Source of the DNA: Octopus vulgaris
Lineage: Eukaryota
Direction: 5' to 3'
DNA: 64,000 nt
Assembly: GCA_951406725.2 (NCBI GenBank)
Contig: OX597826.1
Location: forward strand, 44,206,001 to 44,270,000
Shown: piece after piece, positions 13,067-27,300 of the stretch
Numbering within the stretch: position 1 is the stretch's first letter
Layout of the letters: each line of letters opens with the position of its first letter
Notes under the pieces: model-generated
What the model saw: the letters and a program-made list of their open reading frames with translations, nothing else
Database searches by the model: none
What the model was told of the DNA's origin: nothing
Position numbers and translations under genes: made by a program

Positions 13067-13788
13067 CAGGGGTTGGATAAAATAATGGAAACACCTAGCA
13101 TCATTGCATCATAAGTTTCAAATAAGTATAAAACCGTAAAAAGCTTGTTTATTTTATGATTTATTTTATGATTTTTGTATACGTGTGGATACAGCCAAAA
13201 GAAGTATCTGACGCTGACTGCCTTCTTCCAAATGTTAAACATGGAGGAGGATCTGTGATGATCTGGCGAGGGTGGAGGGCTATATCCTGGAAATACGCCG
13301 GCCCAATAGTTTCCCTTCATGGCAGAATTAATAGTCAAGACTATTTAAGCATTTTATCTGATCAAATTCATTCTATGGTTGCGAAACTCGGTTTCGGAGA
13401 GAATCGCAATCTTTCAGGATGCCATACGAGCACCAACAATTTGACTAATTCACACAGCTTCACACAGCTGAAGTTGATACTGAATGGCACGGGGAACATT
13501 CTGGTGAAGTTGAACATCTTATTTGGCCACCACAGACCCCCAGATCTGAATATTAGTGAACATTTGTGGTGCATTTTAGAAAAAAAAAGTAACTTGTCGA
13601 TATCCTCCACCATCATGACAACAAGAACTGGGGACTGATTTAGCTGAAGAATGGACAAAAATTCATTTGGAAACAATTCAAAGTCCATACCTCATAGAAT
13701 TTAAGCTGTAATTACTACGAAAGGCAGTGCTACCCTATATTAAAATAAATTTGAAATTTTAAGGTGTTTCCATTATTTTGTCCAGTCC

Positions 13789-13791
<3 letters not shown>
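13067..13791 (+). mobile_element. Tc1-family DNA transposon, internally deleted
   Basis: ~30-bp TIRs (CAGGGGTTGGATAAAATAATGGAAACACCT / AGGTGTTTCCATTATTTTGTCCAGTCCCTG) flanked by TA. Confidence 0.92.
13183..13720 (+). pseudogene. Tc1 transposase catalytic-domain fragment, frameshifted
   Basis: Peptides PNVKHGGGSVMIW, GPIVSLHGRINSQDYLSIL, IFQD and PDLNISEHLW match the Tc1 motifs KHGGGSVMVW and SPDLNPIENLW. Confidence 0.88.
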
Positions 13792-13827
<36 letters not shown>

Positions 13828-15539
13828 GTTATACATACATACAATATAAATGTACATGATCTCACATTTGTACTCCCATAGATATATAAATTTGTGCGTG
13901 TGAGTGTATGTGTGTGTGTTTGTGTGTATGTGTGTCTGTCTGTGTGTGTGAGTATATACATAAATGTACATATTGGTGGGGGATAGAATATAATCAGTGA
14001 TCGATCAAGTTTTGTAAATCTTTTAAACAGTCTCATCCGTTATATTTTTACTTTCCATTATATAGACATACAGATATGTCTGTAAGTTTGTGTATTTATG
14101 AGTGTGCGTGAGTGCGTGTGTGCGTTCGCGCGCGTGTATGTGTGTGTGTGTGTTTTGGTGTGTGTGTGTACGTGCGCGTATGTGTCAGCCTGCTACTTAT
14201 TCACCCTTCGTGCTTCTTGGTATGTAGAAGAAAGTTATTTCTCAACAACGCTACCAAACAACTTATAAGTGTTCGTTATTTTTTTTTCTTTATACGCAAG
14301 CTCCCAACTTTTAGTCGACTAAATTTGTATTTCAAACATTCTTCTTTCGTCACTATACAATGCATTCGTACATTCCCACATTCCCACATTCCCTCATTCC
14401 CACATTACAACATTCTCCCATTGCCACCCCGTTTCTCTACTTTAGCTGCCTGTCAAAGAAAGAACTTTGACCTCCACTTTCATCCATCTCTGCAGCTTAC
14501 ACATTCATTGTACGTCTAATGCCACTCAGGTTGTATATAAGGAGCAGTGAAGCGTTTCGTAGCTGATGTCATTCGGAATCTCAACACATTAATTGTCAGT
14601 CAGAATCTGTTTATTTATCCTGTTTCTCCCAGCTTTGCTGGCTATCCTGCCAGCCAACCATACTTCTAGTCATCTTTTCACCGTTACATTTTCTTTAAAT
14701 CTACACGCAAAAAGAAAATAACAGATGAATAAATATCAAAATTTAAAATCAAAATGGATTGCATACATGACTTCATAGTACCTTCATGATATTTCCAATA
14801 TTTTAATTCGTAATCTAATACTAGTAGCATGACTCAAACGGTTAATCTTAACTATGTCTGTCATTAAGTTTTTGTTACTCTACCATCTTGTATCAACGAT
14901 AACAAAGGAAACTATTTATAACTCTAAACTACGTTCACACAAATAACCCAAATCTGTATTCTGTCCGTCCTACCGGCCTTCAACTGCTCGGAGTGAGTTG
15001 CTTTTTATAAATGTGTTTTCCAACTCAAATATCACATGACTGCATAATAATTACTGTCGTCATCGTGTATGGAGGTTGGCATTGTATTTCCTCATTTCCT
15101 CATTATTTAAGCTGAAAAAAAAAAGCGACAAAATAGTTACCTGTTGTTAACTTAAATGCCAAGCACTTTAGCAAATATGCAAATGTGAATATATGTAATA
15201 TATTCGCTTTAGTTTCAGTTCAGTCGCATTGCATGGTATCTGGAATTTTACAATTTTAACATAAACTCGATTTGAACAGCTTTTTTGAGTGTGTGTGTGT
15301 GTGTGTGTGAGTGTGTGTGTGCGAGTGTGTGCGAGTGTGTGTGCGAGTGTGTGTGAGTGTGTGTGTGTCTGTCTGTCTGTGTGTGTGTCTGTGTGTGATT
15401 GTATTTTATTGAGTATGACTTATACTTACATCTTGTATTGCGGCCTGGTTCGGGAGTTCCAGGTTTTGAGGAATCTTGATGCAACTCTTAGCTACTATCG
15501 TTCTCAGGTCTACACTGACCCGCGGTAGTAGCACCTTTC

Positions 15540-15760
15540 AAGGTTATTTAGCGTATCACAGAACTACCTCAGAAAGAAAGACGGCCATTCATAGACACTC
15601 CATGAACCCATGGTAGCTGAGGCCCTTCGGCTCTTTGGCGGCTCGTTTAAGAGAAGGTAACACCATACAAATCCTGCATTCTGATAACTACTGTGCTCAT
15701 GCCACTTGTAGCACAAGGCCAATACAAGCTAGAGGAACGAGAGATTGGGACTAGTTCCTC
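15540..15760 (+). repeat. Possible RTE-clade LINE 5' UTR relic
   Basis: GGCGGCTCGTTTAAGAGAAGGTAACACCATACAAATCC resembles the RTE leader motif GGCAAC..GTCTAGGAGAAGGAAAACTC; recognised from memory only. Confidence 0.3.
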
Positions 15761-17025
15761 ACATCCCGCCCATTATGATATAACTCTTTCTTCATAGGTC
15801 TATCGGCGATAGGGAAAGAGATGAATGGGATAGGTAGAGGATGCTGCAGGTAATTTTAGCTTTGACTCTGCACACAGGTGGGTTTAGGTTGATATAGAGC
15901 AGCTGTGTCGTTGCTGAATCTTCATTTGCCGAGGTGATGAGAGAGGCCAATATATATTTTCAGGTACACATACAAACATACAATATCCGTTTACAAGAGC
16001 CGTCACTCGCAAGCGAACATGACATGCTGGCAAGTACCATTCATTCCCTACTTGGTTAAGGCACATACATAGCCGCAACCAAATATGGCGGGCCTCTACA
16101 CTCTTTCGGTCAACAAAATACATTTGAAGGAGGCAACTGTCTGACTTAACGCGCTCAGAGGGAACGAACCTGGAATCAATATTGTTGTGAAGCGAACTTC
16201 TTAACCACATTTCTTTTACTGATATATTCAAGTAGGTTGCATTTAGAACAAAAGAACGTCGGTTCAATGAAGTTGTAGCATACTTTTACCATTATGCAAC
16301 GATTCATTCACTGTTTGTGCTTTTGTATAGCCTTTGTTAAATTTACATACATTTATATATAATTCATAATATGTTTGTGAATGTAGACGTTTTGAATTAC
16401 GACCGTTAAGAATATCTGCCGACTGTGAATTTCTAAAAACAGAATTATAAATATATTTAGTTATATATAATGTTTTATCGATATTTCACGCTATCAGAAT
16501 TATGTTGACATGTCGACAATTTAAACTTTGGTTTGTTATAAATCAAGAAAAAAAAAATGCATAACTCTCTAAGTTACATTTTACTGTTTTATATTTATAT
16601 TGTGCAAAGCGGGTATCGTTTAAGCGAAATACTGTATTTGTATACAAACAGAAGAGATGTGTATCTTAATAAAAATATCTTTTGAGAATCAATGAATGTA
16701 ATATAGAGAGGAATCTTTTAAAACCTGTAGGACATTGATTGTGTTTATGAAAATAATCAATAACTCGAAACTAAGAACAAGGTAAGAGTCTGAAGCATGA
16801 TTATAGAGCGGGATAAGCCAAGAAGCGTGTTGTGACTCGTTTAAATTAATACAACCTTGATTATATACAACACAGATGATGATAAGGATAATCGATGACC
16901 TGTAATTTACTATATACGAACTACTTGTAGCTTTAAGGTGTTTCTAACGTTATTGGTCTGCTGATGATTATACGTTCCATGGAGCAACTTCTCCAGCAGG
17001 TGAACAGCATTGGTTGTCCTAGTAA

Positions 17026-17099
17026 ACTGGGCGTCTCTAAATCGAATTTCTTCTTTTAATGTACTGGGCGTCTCTAAATTGGATTTCTTCTTTTAGTGT
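17026..17099. repeat. 37-bp tandem duplication
   Basis: ACTGGGCGTCTCTAAAT.G.ATTTCTTCTTTTA.TGT occurs twice. Confidence 0.9.
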
Positions 17100-17950
17100 C
17101 TGTAATCGTTTGCAAACAAAAATTTGACGCGAAGACTAATAATATACAACGCAGTTTGTCTCTATATGCAAACATTTTATTTTATTTGTTATATTTTATT
17201 CAATTGTTCAAAGGCTAAATTCGCTTCCTCCACATATAATGTTAAACGAAAATTTGTGATTATTTTTACATTAATCTCTTATTCACCCTATGGTTATCAC
17301 CTTTTATATCGAAACACTTATTAATTGCAAAACAAAAGGATTACTTCCTGTTTAGAGTGTGGCATACACAGAAATAATTGTTCTAAACTATTGTAGGTGT
17401 CATTTTGAAGTCCCGAAAATTTATACTTACACACACACATACACACATACACACACACACATACACACATACACCAAAACATTTACATACATATACACAT
17501 ATATCCATACGCAAACACACACACACTCATATATATATACACACACACGTACACAAGTACACACGCATTCACACATAAACACCCACCCACCCACACATGT
17601 ACGTATACACACACACACAAACTCTCGCACGCGCACACATATGCAGTAATGATAAAATAAACACACAAAGCGAAGCTGGGGTTTTTTCCTCAATGCATCT
17701 GGGTAATTTAACATTGTACGTTGGAAAACAATCAAAAACAAAGCTCGCCCAAAGGTCTTATACAGACCGCATAGGGAATGAGAGCGGGTATATTGTAGTA
17801 TCTTGCTACGGCCTCGTGGCCGGAGTGCATATTGGGGAGGGTGGTTAAGTTTCTGTATGAGTATGCGCATGTACATGCACGTGTGTGTGTGTGTGTGTCT
17901 GCATGTGCATGTGTGAGTGTGTGTGTGTGTGCGTTGCCTATGCGACTAAA

Positions 17951-18184
17951 TACCTATTTCTTTACTACCCACAAGGGGCTAAACACAGAGAGGACAAAGG
18001 ACAGACAAACGGATTAAGTCGATTATATCGACCCCAGTGCGTAACTGGTACTTATTTAATCGATCCCGAAAGGATGAAAGGCAAAGTCGACCTCCGCGGA
18101 ATTTGAACTCAGAGCGTAACGGCAGACGAAATACTGCTAAGCATTTCACCAGGCGTACTAACGGTTCTGCCAGCTCGCCTCCTT
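17951..18184 (-). mobile_element. SINE family C (Nin/Deu-like central domain), near full length
   Basis: Minus strand reads GGCGAGCTGGCAGAACCGTTAG...GAGTTCAAATTCCGCGGAGGTCGACTTTGCCTTTCATCCTTTCGGGATCGATTAAATAAGTACCAG; many other copies in the window. Confidence 0.85.
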
Positions 18185-18189
18185 TATAA

Positions 18190-18486
18190 AATGATGCTAA
18201 GTATTTCTATTTGGCGAGCTAACGATTCTGCCAGCACGCCGCCTTCTGTGCGTCTAGATACCTATACGAGTGGATCTGTTTAAGAGTGTCTGTGCATGCG
18301 AACCTCTATCGCCTCAGGGTTATTTCATTTCCCTTTCCCCACTCAATATATATTTCTGCGGTTACCTCGAAAGGATGAGAGACAAAGCCGACCTCGGTGG
18401 AATTTACTATCAGAACGGAAAGGCGGACGAAATACCACCATGCAATTTGTCCCGCATAATAGCAATTCTGCCAGATCACCGCCTTA
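18190..18486 (-). mobile_element. Two partial SINE family C copies
   Basis: CTAACGATTCTGCCAGCACGCCGCCTT; GAAAGGATGAGAGACAAAGCCGACCTCGGTGGAATTT; TTCTGCCAGATCACCGCCTT. Confidence 0.7.
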
Positions 18487-19356
18487 TGCCTTCTGTCATA
18501 ATGACAATCGTTTTATTGAAACGCATGCATGTTCTATATTGCTCAAAATTCCGATGGCATGCTTTTGTGTTAATTATCATTACAACATGGTTCGAATTTG
18601 GAATATAGCCTCTTTGACGATATGATGGTCTTCTTTTAACTAAGCTGATATAAGAGTGGAAGGTAGTGCTGTCTACTGAGTCCAAACATTTGCTGAGGTG
18701 TAGTAGCCTGCAGTGCACTTCTATATATACGTAGATACGTAGACACACATATATCCACATATATGCAGTATTAATTTTCGAAAATGTTTTCTTTCAAAAT
18801 TTGAAATACAAGCTTTTTAAAAATTTTTTAAAAATTAAATTCATATATTTTCAAATTACCATTAATTTATTCTTTGAACATTTTCTGGCCATGAAAATGG
18901 TCCTAGCAGTAGGAGTACATATAGTAATATCATCTAGGTTATAGGAGGTGAACGAGTTTTTATTTAGGAACTTTGACAGAATTTTGTATACGCATCTGTA
19001 TGTTACATATTCCATCACGATCGGATAGTGAGGATCCAATCTTAAGGTCTTCTAAAGTCTTCTAATCTGTATATCAGTAATCGATTTAAATTTAGTCCAT
19101 TCCTCCACTCAAATCTCTGAATCTTATCGTAATCTTCATAATCAGTATTCTTGAAACATCTGAACAATATCTCTGGTGAGCGGAGTAATTTAGCCTAGCA
19201 AGGAATTTTACTGGATCTGTGAATCAGAGCACACTGATCGTACAGATCAACAGAACAACTGCTATTCTATCATTGTCTCTTGCAATGGCAGGGCTGGATT
19301 CGAGACATTTTTCAGTTTAAGTCTTAGATTAACGCCTCTAATATATATATTAATTA

Positions 19357-20039
<683 letters not shown>

Positions 20040-21616
20040 TAAATATATGATACACAATTGGACTAAGTTCAATTCTTTTTAAATACAGCATTATAATGAA
20101 AAACAGAAAAAAATTGTTGCTAATATTTTCATACAGCACAAAAACTAGCAGTGGTGGGGATAAGGAGAGGAAGAAATAAACATTTGAATCGACAGTAATA
20201 AAATAGAGCAACAATCTTTACGCCGTAGAAGAGGAAAACCCCAAAAAGCTAAATAACAAAAATTTAAATTCACAATGTAAAGCGAAAAACCTGTTTGGTA
20301 TTCAACACATTTTTATAGAGATATTATCATTGCAGCATACTTTTATTATATTACGTTACATTCTTACAAAATGTATTAACTCACCTAAAGAGATGTTGAT
20401 AAATAATTCTAAAATGTTGCAAATACGTGCAGCTAAATTGAATATTGTTAATAAAATAACAACTACATGCATACCATATTTTATTCAGTGCATATATTGT
20501 TTACTAAGTTGTACGGTTGTATTTTTTCAGTGAGTAAATTGGTTGATTAGAAGTGAAAGCGATACGGAACATATGGCATAAAAATTACTAAAATGTATTC
20601 TGTATAACGTCTTAACCATTGGCAGTTACTTTGAAAGCCTGCATAAATTACCTTTTTTGTTGTATTCTTGTTTTACTGTTTTTTGAATAGTATATCAATG
20701 AATCCTGTTTCTATGCTTGAATATTCTATAAAATACCTATGCTATGAAATACTATAATAAATTCAAATTGAACAAAATTGTGACTCATTGTTTATCCAAA
20801 TACGTGATGCATCGCTGTTCTCAAGTGTTAAGTTACAGGATCATTCTATTAGAATTTTTACTTCTTGCAAAACAGATGGTTTTTGCCCTCTAAGTTTCAA
20901 CCAGATTTCAGGGAACCTTTTCCTGTCATGCTGTCATTTTATATTTGTGTTCGTATCTATTTCTTATCTTTCTCTCCACAATATTTCTCCACAGCTTCAA
21001 ACTTGGTTATAGAAATCTATTTATAAGCAGCATTCGTTACCCTTTCTGAAATGATACTATCAATTCATTGATATTTAAATCACTGGTAGAACTTCTCATA
21101 GCATTCGACCGATATAGATAAATGGCTTCTTAACTAAGACGACAAAGAATTAATTTTAAAGATTGTTTAACAAACATCTCTTCCTTTAATTGTTTCGATA
21201 TTATGCAACCCTTAAAACTTTTCCTCCACCCTTTAGCTACCAGGGTGATATATTTTTGCTGACAGTGTCCCATGTTTTCCTTACGTTACTAACAAACCGC
21301 TTTGAAAGCTGTGTCTGATATCGTTTTTCTTCATATTCTGACTTGACAGTTATACTGTTTTCGTTTAAATTAAGTATAAATTTTTCTACATCTAAATTTG
21401 TGCTGCCGTGTTGACACTTCTCATTCAAAACTTCATTATTTCGCATTGGATCATATTTATGACTTTTAAACTGAGATCTTTTAAAATGGAGTTTTGTATA
21501 AATTTATTTTAGTATACCAAATTTTGTAGGCAGGAAATTACATGTATCAGAAAAATCACTAGGGAAGATTTAAACATAATAATATGGAAACTTATATTTG
21601 TACATGAATATGAATA

Positions 21617-21674
<58 letters not shown>

Positions 21675-21812
21675 CCTGTTTATCACTGTCTTCACCCATG
21701 ATTTATGATCATAATATTTTTGAGCATGTTTAAATATAGGTTATATACCGGTAGTATTTTGGATACTTTTATCCCTTAGACGGTTATTTTAACCTCTAAC
21801 TCAATTAACCTA

Positions 21813-21993
<181 letters not shown>

Positions 21994-23804
21994 GTCTTAC
22001 AGTCCACCCTATACTCGCGTGGATATGATATAAGAACGGAGTGCGGAACTATAATACCTAGGAAGTAAGACGAAGTATGTTACGTGGTAAAGCCAATTAG
22101 TTTACGAGAGCCAAATAAAAGGAACTCGTTTAGGTTATACAAACCTTCAGCATACCAATAACGATATATAAATACACACACACATATACACGCACACATA
22201 TAATCCCGCCCCTGTCTGTCTATATATATATACATACACACATATATGCATATACATATACGCATATTAACAACAACGATACTGAGATCGTTTTAGCAAT
22301 GTTGAAGGTATAATGGTAGTAGTCTATTGATATGTCAGTACTTGTCAGAAGTATATATAAATTAGAAACAGGGGTTTATGTTTTAAAGACGTATTAATAG
22401 AGAGAGCTTCTTGAAAAGCTGCTCAGGTCTTAGTGATGTAGCCACTAACAGAAGTTAGATTACTAAGGACAGAGGAAGCATTTCATGCTGCCTTTCTGTG
22501 TGGGTGGAGATATATCTTGTGTAATTCAGGTTATTCTGATAACAAGATCAGCAGCACATTCAACAAGAACATCAATAATCGCAGCAGCAGCAATAAATAT
22601 AAATTGCTGCCGTATAAGACTACGAATAATTAATGGGAACTTTGTTTTGTGAAGTGTAAATCATGCTTGGCACTCAGAGAAGCTAATGAAGATCTGAAAA
22701 TTCTACAATTAAATAACATCAGAGAGACCAATATTCTAGTATATTGAGAAGCTATCACAGAATAAATAGAAATCAAACAGAAAGAATAAAATCAAACAGA
22801 ATTGGTCGTACAACTTTAAAAAAAAATGTAAAACTAAATAAAGATCTTTGTAAAGTTTCTACAATTTCAAAAACATAAAAAAGAGGAAATTTTAAGTAAA
22901 CAGTACGAGATTTACAAAGAAAAGATGAATTAAGAAAAAGAAATACTTTAAGACAGGAAATAAAAAAAGAGTGAATGTGATGCCGTCGAAAATAAATGAA
23001 TTTCAACAATAGATCAAGTAATATCAACAAAGCAGCGTAATTAGGAATAATAAAATATTCTATCAACAAGCGAACTGCGTCGAAGAACATTAAGAAAATG
23101 AAGAGACAGATGTGGAAAAATTAACACATTACTGATAAGGCACTCCTGGTATGGTATTTGAACAAAACAATGATTGCAACGGTTGAAGATAGGACTATAG
23201 AATATAGAATAAAGAGAGGACAAGAGAAAGTGCATATATTTTATTTCTTTATTAATGTTAGATAATGAAGGTGTGTACACATGAGACATATGTAGGGTCT
23301 TAACAATAGTAGGAGGAAAAGAGAAATTATAAATTTAGACCGAAGTTTGGCTCGAACAACTGCGACAGAATGGGCTGAGAAATAAATCCACAGAGACTTT
23401 CTTGGAGAGGCTTCCACACAAATTTCTTTTTGCTCCAAAGGCTTTCATTAATCGCAGACTATAACCAAATATATATAAGATACCGTAAAGTGGGATTGAA
23501 CTGAAGCCTGTGTGTGAAGGTTTTAACGTCACAGCCATATCTGTACCTTTGAATACTACGGAAGATTTACAAATAAGAAAGCCCCAGGAGGGATGGAGTT
23601 TGTGATTTTTAATTTAATTTGGATTTCACCTGCCGTATGTCAGGTAACTTTGGAAGAATGATATTGCCAACACAGGTAATATCAGGAAACATGACATGCT
23701 TACACTGATTATGATTTAACTTTGCATACGTATCAATCTTCTTGGTGCTTATACAAAATATTTATTGCCTTAAATTAAAATTATAAAAGATAAATTCCTC
23801 ATTT

Positions 23805-24038
23805 ATTTTATTTTTACTTGTTCGAGTCCTTTGAATGCGGCCATGCTGGGGTACTGCCTTGAAATATTACTGGCCTTGAAATTTGAAATTTTAGTCGTAT
23901 GTATCGATGGCAGTACTTATTTTTTTAAAGCCTGGTACTTACTCTATAGCTCCCTTTTGCTGAACCACTAAGTTACGTGGAGGTAAACACACCAGCACCG
24001 GTTGTCAAGCTGTGATGGTGGGGATAAATACAAGCACG

Positions 24039-24102
<64 letters not shown>

Positions 24103-24150
24103 CGACGGGATTCTTTCAGCTTCCATCTACCTAATCCACTCTCAAGGCTT
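23805..24150 (-). mobile_element. SINE family D with internal (CA)n
   Basis: GCGGCCATGCTGGGGTACTGCC...CCACTAAGTTACG..GTAAACACACCAGCACCGGTTGTCAAGC...(CA)n...TTCTTTCAGCTTCCATCTACC; related copies at 41255, 56300 and 63548. Confidence 0.8.
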
Positions 24151-24799
24151 GTGTAACTAACTTCCTTCTAATTACTCAGTCTTTTTCTCCTTCACCTCCA
24201 CCTTCTGTCACAAAGCCTGGTGTGTGCATACATTTTGCACTTCCCTCTTAAACTCTCTTTGTATCTATCTTTTAATCTCTCATCCTACCTTTTTCCACCA
24301 ACATATATATATCGGGTTTTATTATCTGCAGAAGATTTTGCATTTGATAAGATGGTTTTAGTATTTTGTATAATATGTGACTGCTAATTCGACCAAAGAC
24401 ATATATGTTTATACACTTTAGCGACATAGGCGCCCTCCTTGCCTCTTTTCTTTGAGGATTATACTTAACAAAGACTGTTATGTCTATGTCATTGTACATA
24501 AAACTCATTCATGTAGGCATCACGTAAACAAGTCTCAGTTTCATCATTGTTTACCGTTCCTATCGAAACCATCGATGGAATTGATAACTAATCGAACGCG
24601 CATATTGGATGAAATGAACATCTACTGGAGACGGAAAATAGGCCAAGAAATTCATGCGTGACTAACGTGTTATATATTGTTATATATTATTATTAACATG
24701 ATTTATTATTATTATTATTATTATTATCAATATACTGTTCTATATTCCAGCTACAGAAATCGAAAACATGATGAAGTACCAGCAACATGATAAATGGTC

Positions 24800-25770
24800 A
24801 ATAAAAATAAATATTGCTCTCTTTCTCTGGATTGTGGACTCCCTAAAAATAATTGGCTTTAACAACAAACTAAAGACACTTGAGACGAGTGAGAGTTCGT
24901 GGCAACTTGTTTGATATCGAGGTGACCTTGAGATCAAAAGACGTTGTTTTAAGTGAATATAATAGACTGTATACAGCAAGAAAAGAAAGACGTAGATGGT
25001 TATTCAATATAACATACACAGTACATTTGACAATTATAGGACAAGTGAGGTGTGCGAGCAAAAGTTAGAAGTTGATATTTACAGCTATACAACGAGGAAA
25101 ATCAATAGTGAATGTACAGAAGCTAAAATACGAAATAATAAAAAAAGAAGTGGAAGATTAGTATAGAAAAAGTGCTTCATGACAGTTTGTCAGCAAACAG
25201 AAAAATATAGCTGGAGAAAACAGAGGTTTGGCTGAAAGCTGAAGATCTAAAATGGGAAAGAGAAACCTTTATCATTGCTGTGTGCAAGGACAGGCTGTTA
25301 AAACAAACCTTGTTAAGACCGAAATAGACAAAATCCACCAAGTAACTGTTGGATACGTGGTAAGGTAGATGAAAATGTCAATCAATCATAGCCTATATAA
25401 ATATAGAATGCAATACGAAGAAAGGAAATAATGCAGCGTACGATATGACAGGGTAGGTAAATATACCCGAGAAAGTTATTTGGAATTTTGATTTAGAACA
25501 GATTTAATTGAAAGAACTAATGTAAGAGAATGTGGAATGTCTTAGCGCAATACATTCGGGTGAAAGAGTTACAGAGGTATGATGCTATTATTATATATGA
25601 AGACAAATGTGCAAGCTCACCGATTTTTGATATTGCTGTGTGATAGGATTGTCATACGGATAGTAAGAATATATTAAGACGTATCTGGATTTACTCAAGA
25701 AATCTTGTAGAGTTCAAAAAAGCAATTCCTATTGTTATAGGAGTGCTGATAACAAAAGTGTCTGTAGAAG
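24800..25770 (+). pseudogene. Decayed R4/Dong-type (RLE) non-LTR retrotransposon, C-terminal region
   Basis: Ordered relic motifs across frames: RLYTARKERRRWL (RLYxxRKEGGRGL), KVLH, WLKAEDLKWERETFII, QAVKTNLVKTEIDK, RYDRV (RHDxV), DIAV and IPIVIGVL. Confidence 0.75.
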
Positions 25771-25817
<47 letters not shown>

Positions 25818-26730
25818 GTGGGAAGGGAAGAAAAGAGGGTGAGAGAGAAATATTGATCTCAATTTTGGTACTAACCTAGCAAGTTCGGGGGAGGAGTAAG
25901 TCGATTACACCGACCCAGTGCTCAACTGGTACTCATTGTAAAGACGGGCGAAATGCTGCTTAGCATTTCGCTCGGCCTGCTAACAGAGAGAGAGCGAAAT
26001 ATCAAAAGTGATTCTAAGAGTTTCATGCATCCTCAATCATTATTTTGTAAAATTCATCATCGAAGTTATCAGAGAAACAAAAATGATCTAACCCAGCTTC
26101 TTGTCCAAACCTGCTGTTATCTCGATACTATTGAAATCTGAACTGATGTATAATATACTTTAACTACATAAAACATATTTAAATAATAGATGTGAGTGAG
26201 ATTGGCAGAATCAACAGAGTGTCATACACTCTTACAACATTAACTCACGACTCTTTACGTTCTGCGTTCAAATTCCACTAAAGTCTAGTTTACATTTCAT
26301 TGCTCCAAGATCGACAAAATAAAGTACCGGTTAAAAGCAAGGGTTTGATATAATCGACTAAACACTTCTCACAGATTTGTGTGCAAACGCGATGGCTTTA
26401 GGTGAAGCAGAGTACTGTAGAGCCATTCAATGATCTCAATCATTAGAATAAAGTAACTTCTTGGCGTTATTATTTATTCGTGCATTATTAATGGGACCCT
26501 TCACTCTTTTCTGCAATCTTACCATTGCATTGTCCCATCTTCTTTGCAATGAAATAAACCAATAACAATAATTTCTTCCATGGGCGCTATTGGTGATAGT
26601 GAATGTTCGATCGTCATATATATTTGTCCGCTACTATATTTTATCGGCTACTATATTTTATCGGCTCAGAAAGTGAAGTTGCTTCACTGGGATTTACACT
26701 CAGAATATAAAGGGACCGGAGAAGTAAAGC

Positions 26731-26830
26731 AATAATAATAATAATATTTTATTTATTAGCCATGTGGGCTCAAGATGATACAAAATTGCAAAAATCACGA
26801 GGGGATAGCAAAGAAACATTCACAAATACC
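26731..26830 (-). repeat. Short LINE 3' end fragment with (ATT)n tail, similar to the end of the Tx1-like element near 36500
   Basis: Reverse complement reads TTTTGTATCATCTTGAGCCCACATGGCTAATAAATAAAATATTATTATT. Confidence 0.55.
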
Positions 26831-27029
26831 TTAATGGGGTGGTAACAAACGTTATTCAATATATGATTGGACACATTAAAATGTTATAAGTACTTATATT
26901 GGTAAGGAAATATCAATGTAAAGCATGTAAAATTACTGGTTTGGTTGACTTTGAGCACTCTACAATCAACAAATCCATTAATCAGTTCTTGAATTGTTTA
27001 TGAGTGCAATCAAATGCACATGTAAGCAT

Positions 27030-27300
27030 TTTTAGGAGACTCGTTGTTGAAAAACTCTAACATCATTGGAATATGCTCTTCGAAGTTCAATGTAGTATCT
27101 TAGATCTTGTTTTATATCTTTTGTGTGTTGTTTATATTCTGAAACTAATAGCTTTTGTGTCATTCGAACTTCTTTGGGAAGTTTGTGGCACAGCAGATGC
27201 GTCATATTGTCTATCATGGTTCAATATTATGTTTTTCGTCATCTTCATTTTCTTCGTTATAATGTTTATCGCCACATTATCTCCTTCGGTATCATTGTTG
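27030..27300 (-). pseudogene. Possible highly decayed non-LTR reverse transcriptase fragment
   Basis: TQKLLVSE...KQDLRYYIELRRAYS resembles QLLID...KNL...IDYKKAYDS of R4-type RTs. Confidence 0.3.

Noticed and set aside
13156-13638. 160-aa ORF as a functional transposase
   Set aside because: It lacks the DNA-binding domain and first catalytic Asp and is frameshifted; the element is only 725 bp.
14545-14580. Minus-strand CGAAACG suggesting another hammerhead
   Set aside because: No CUGANGA-like core in register and no stem I or II pairing.
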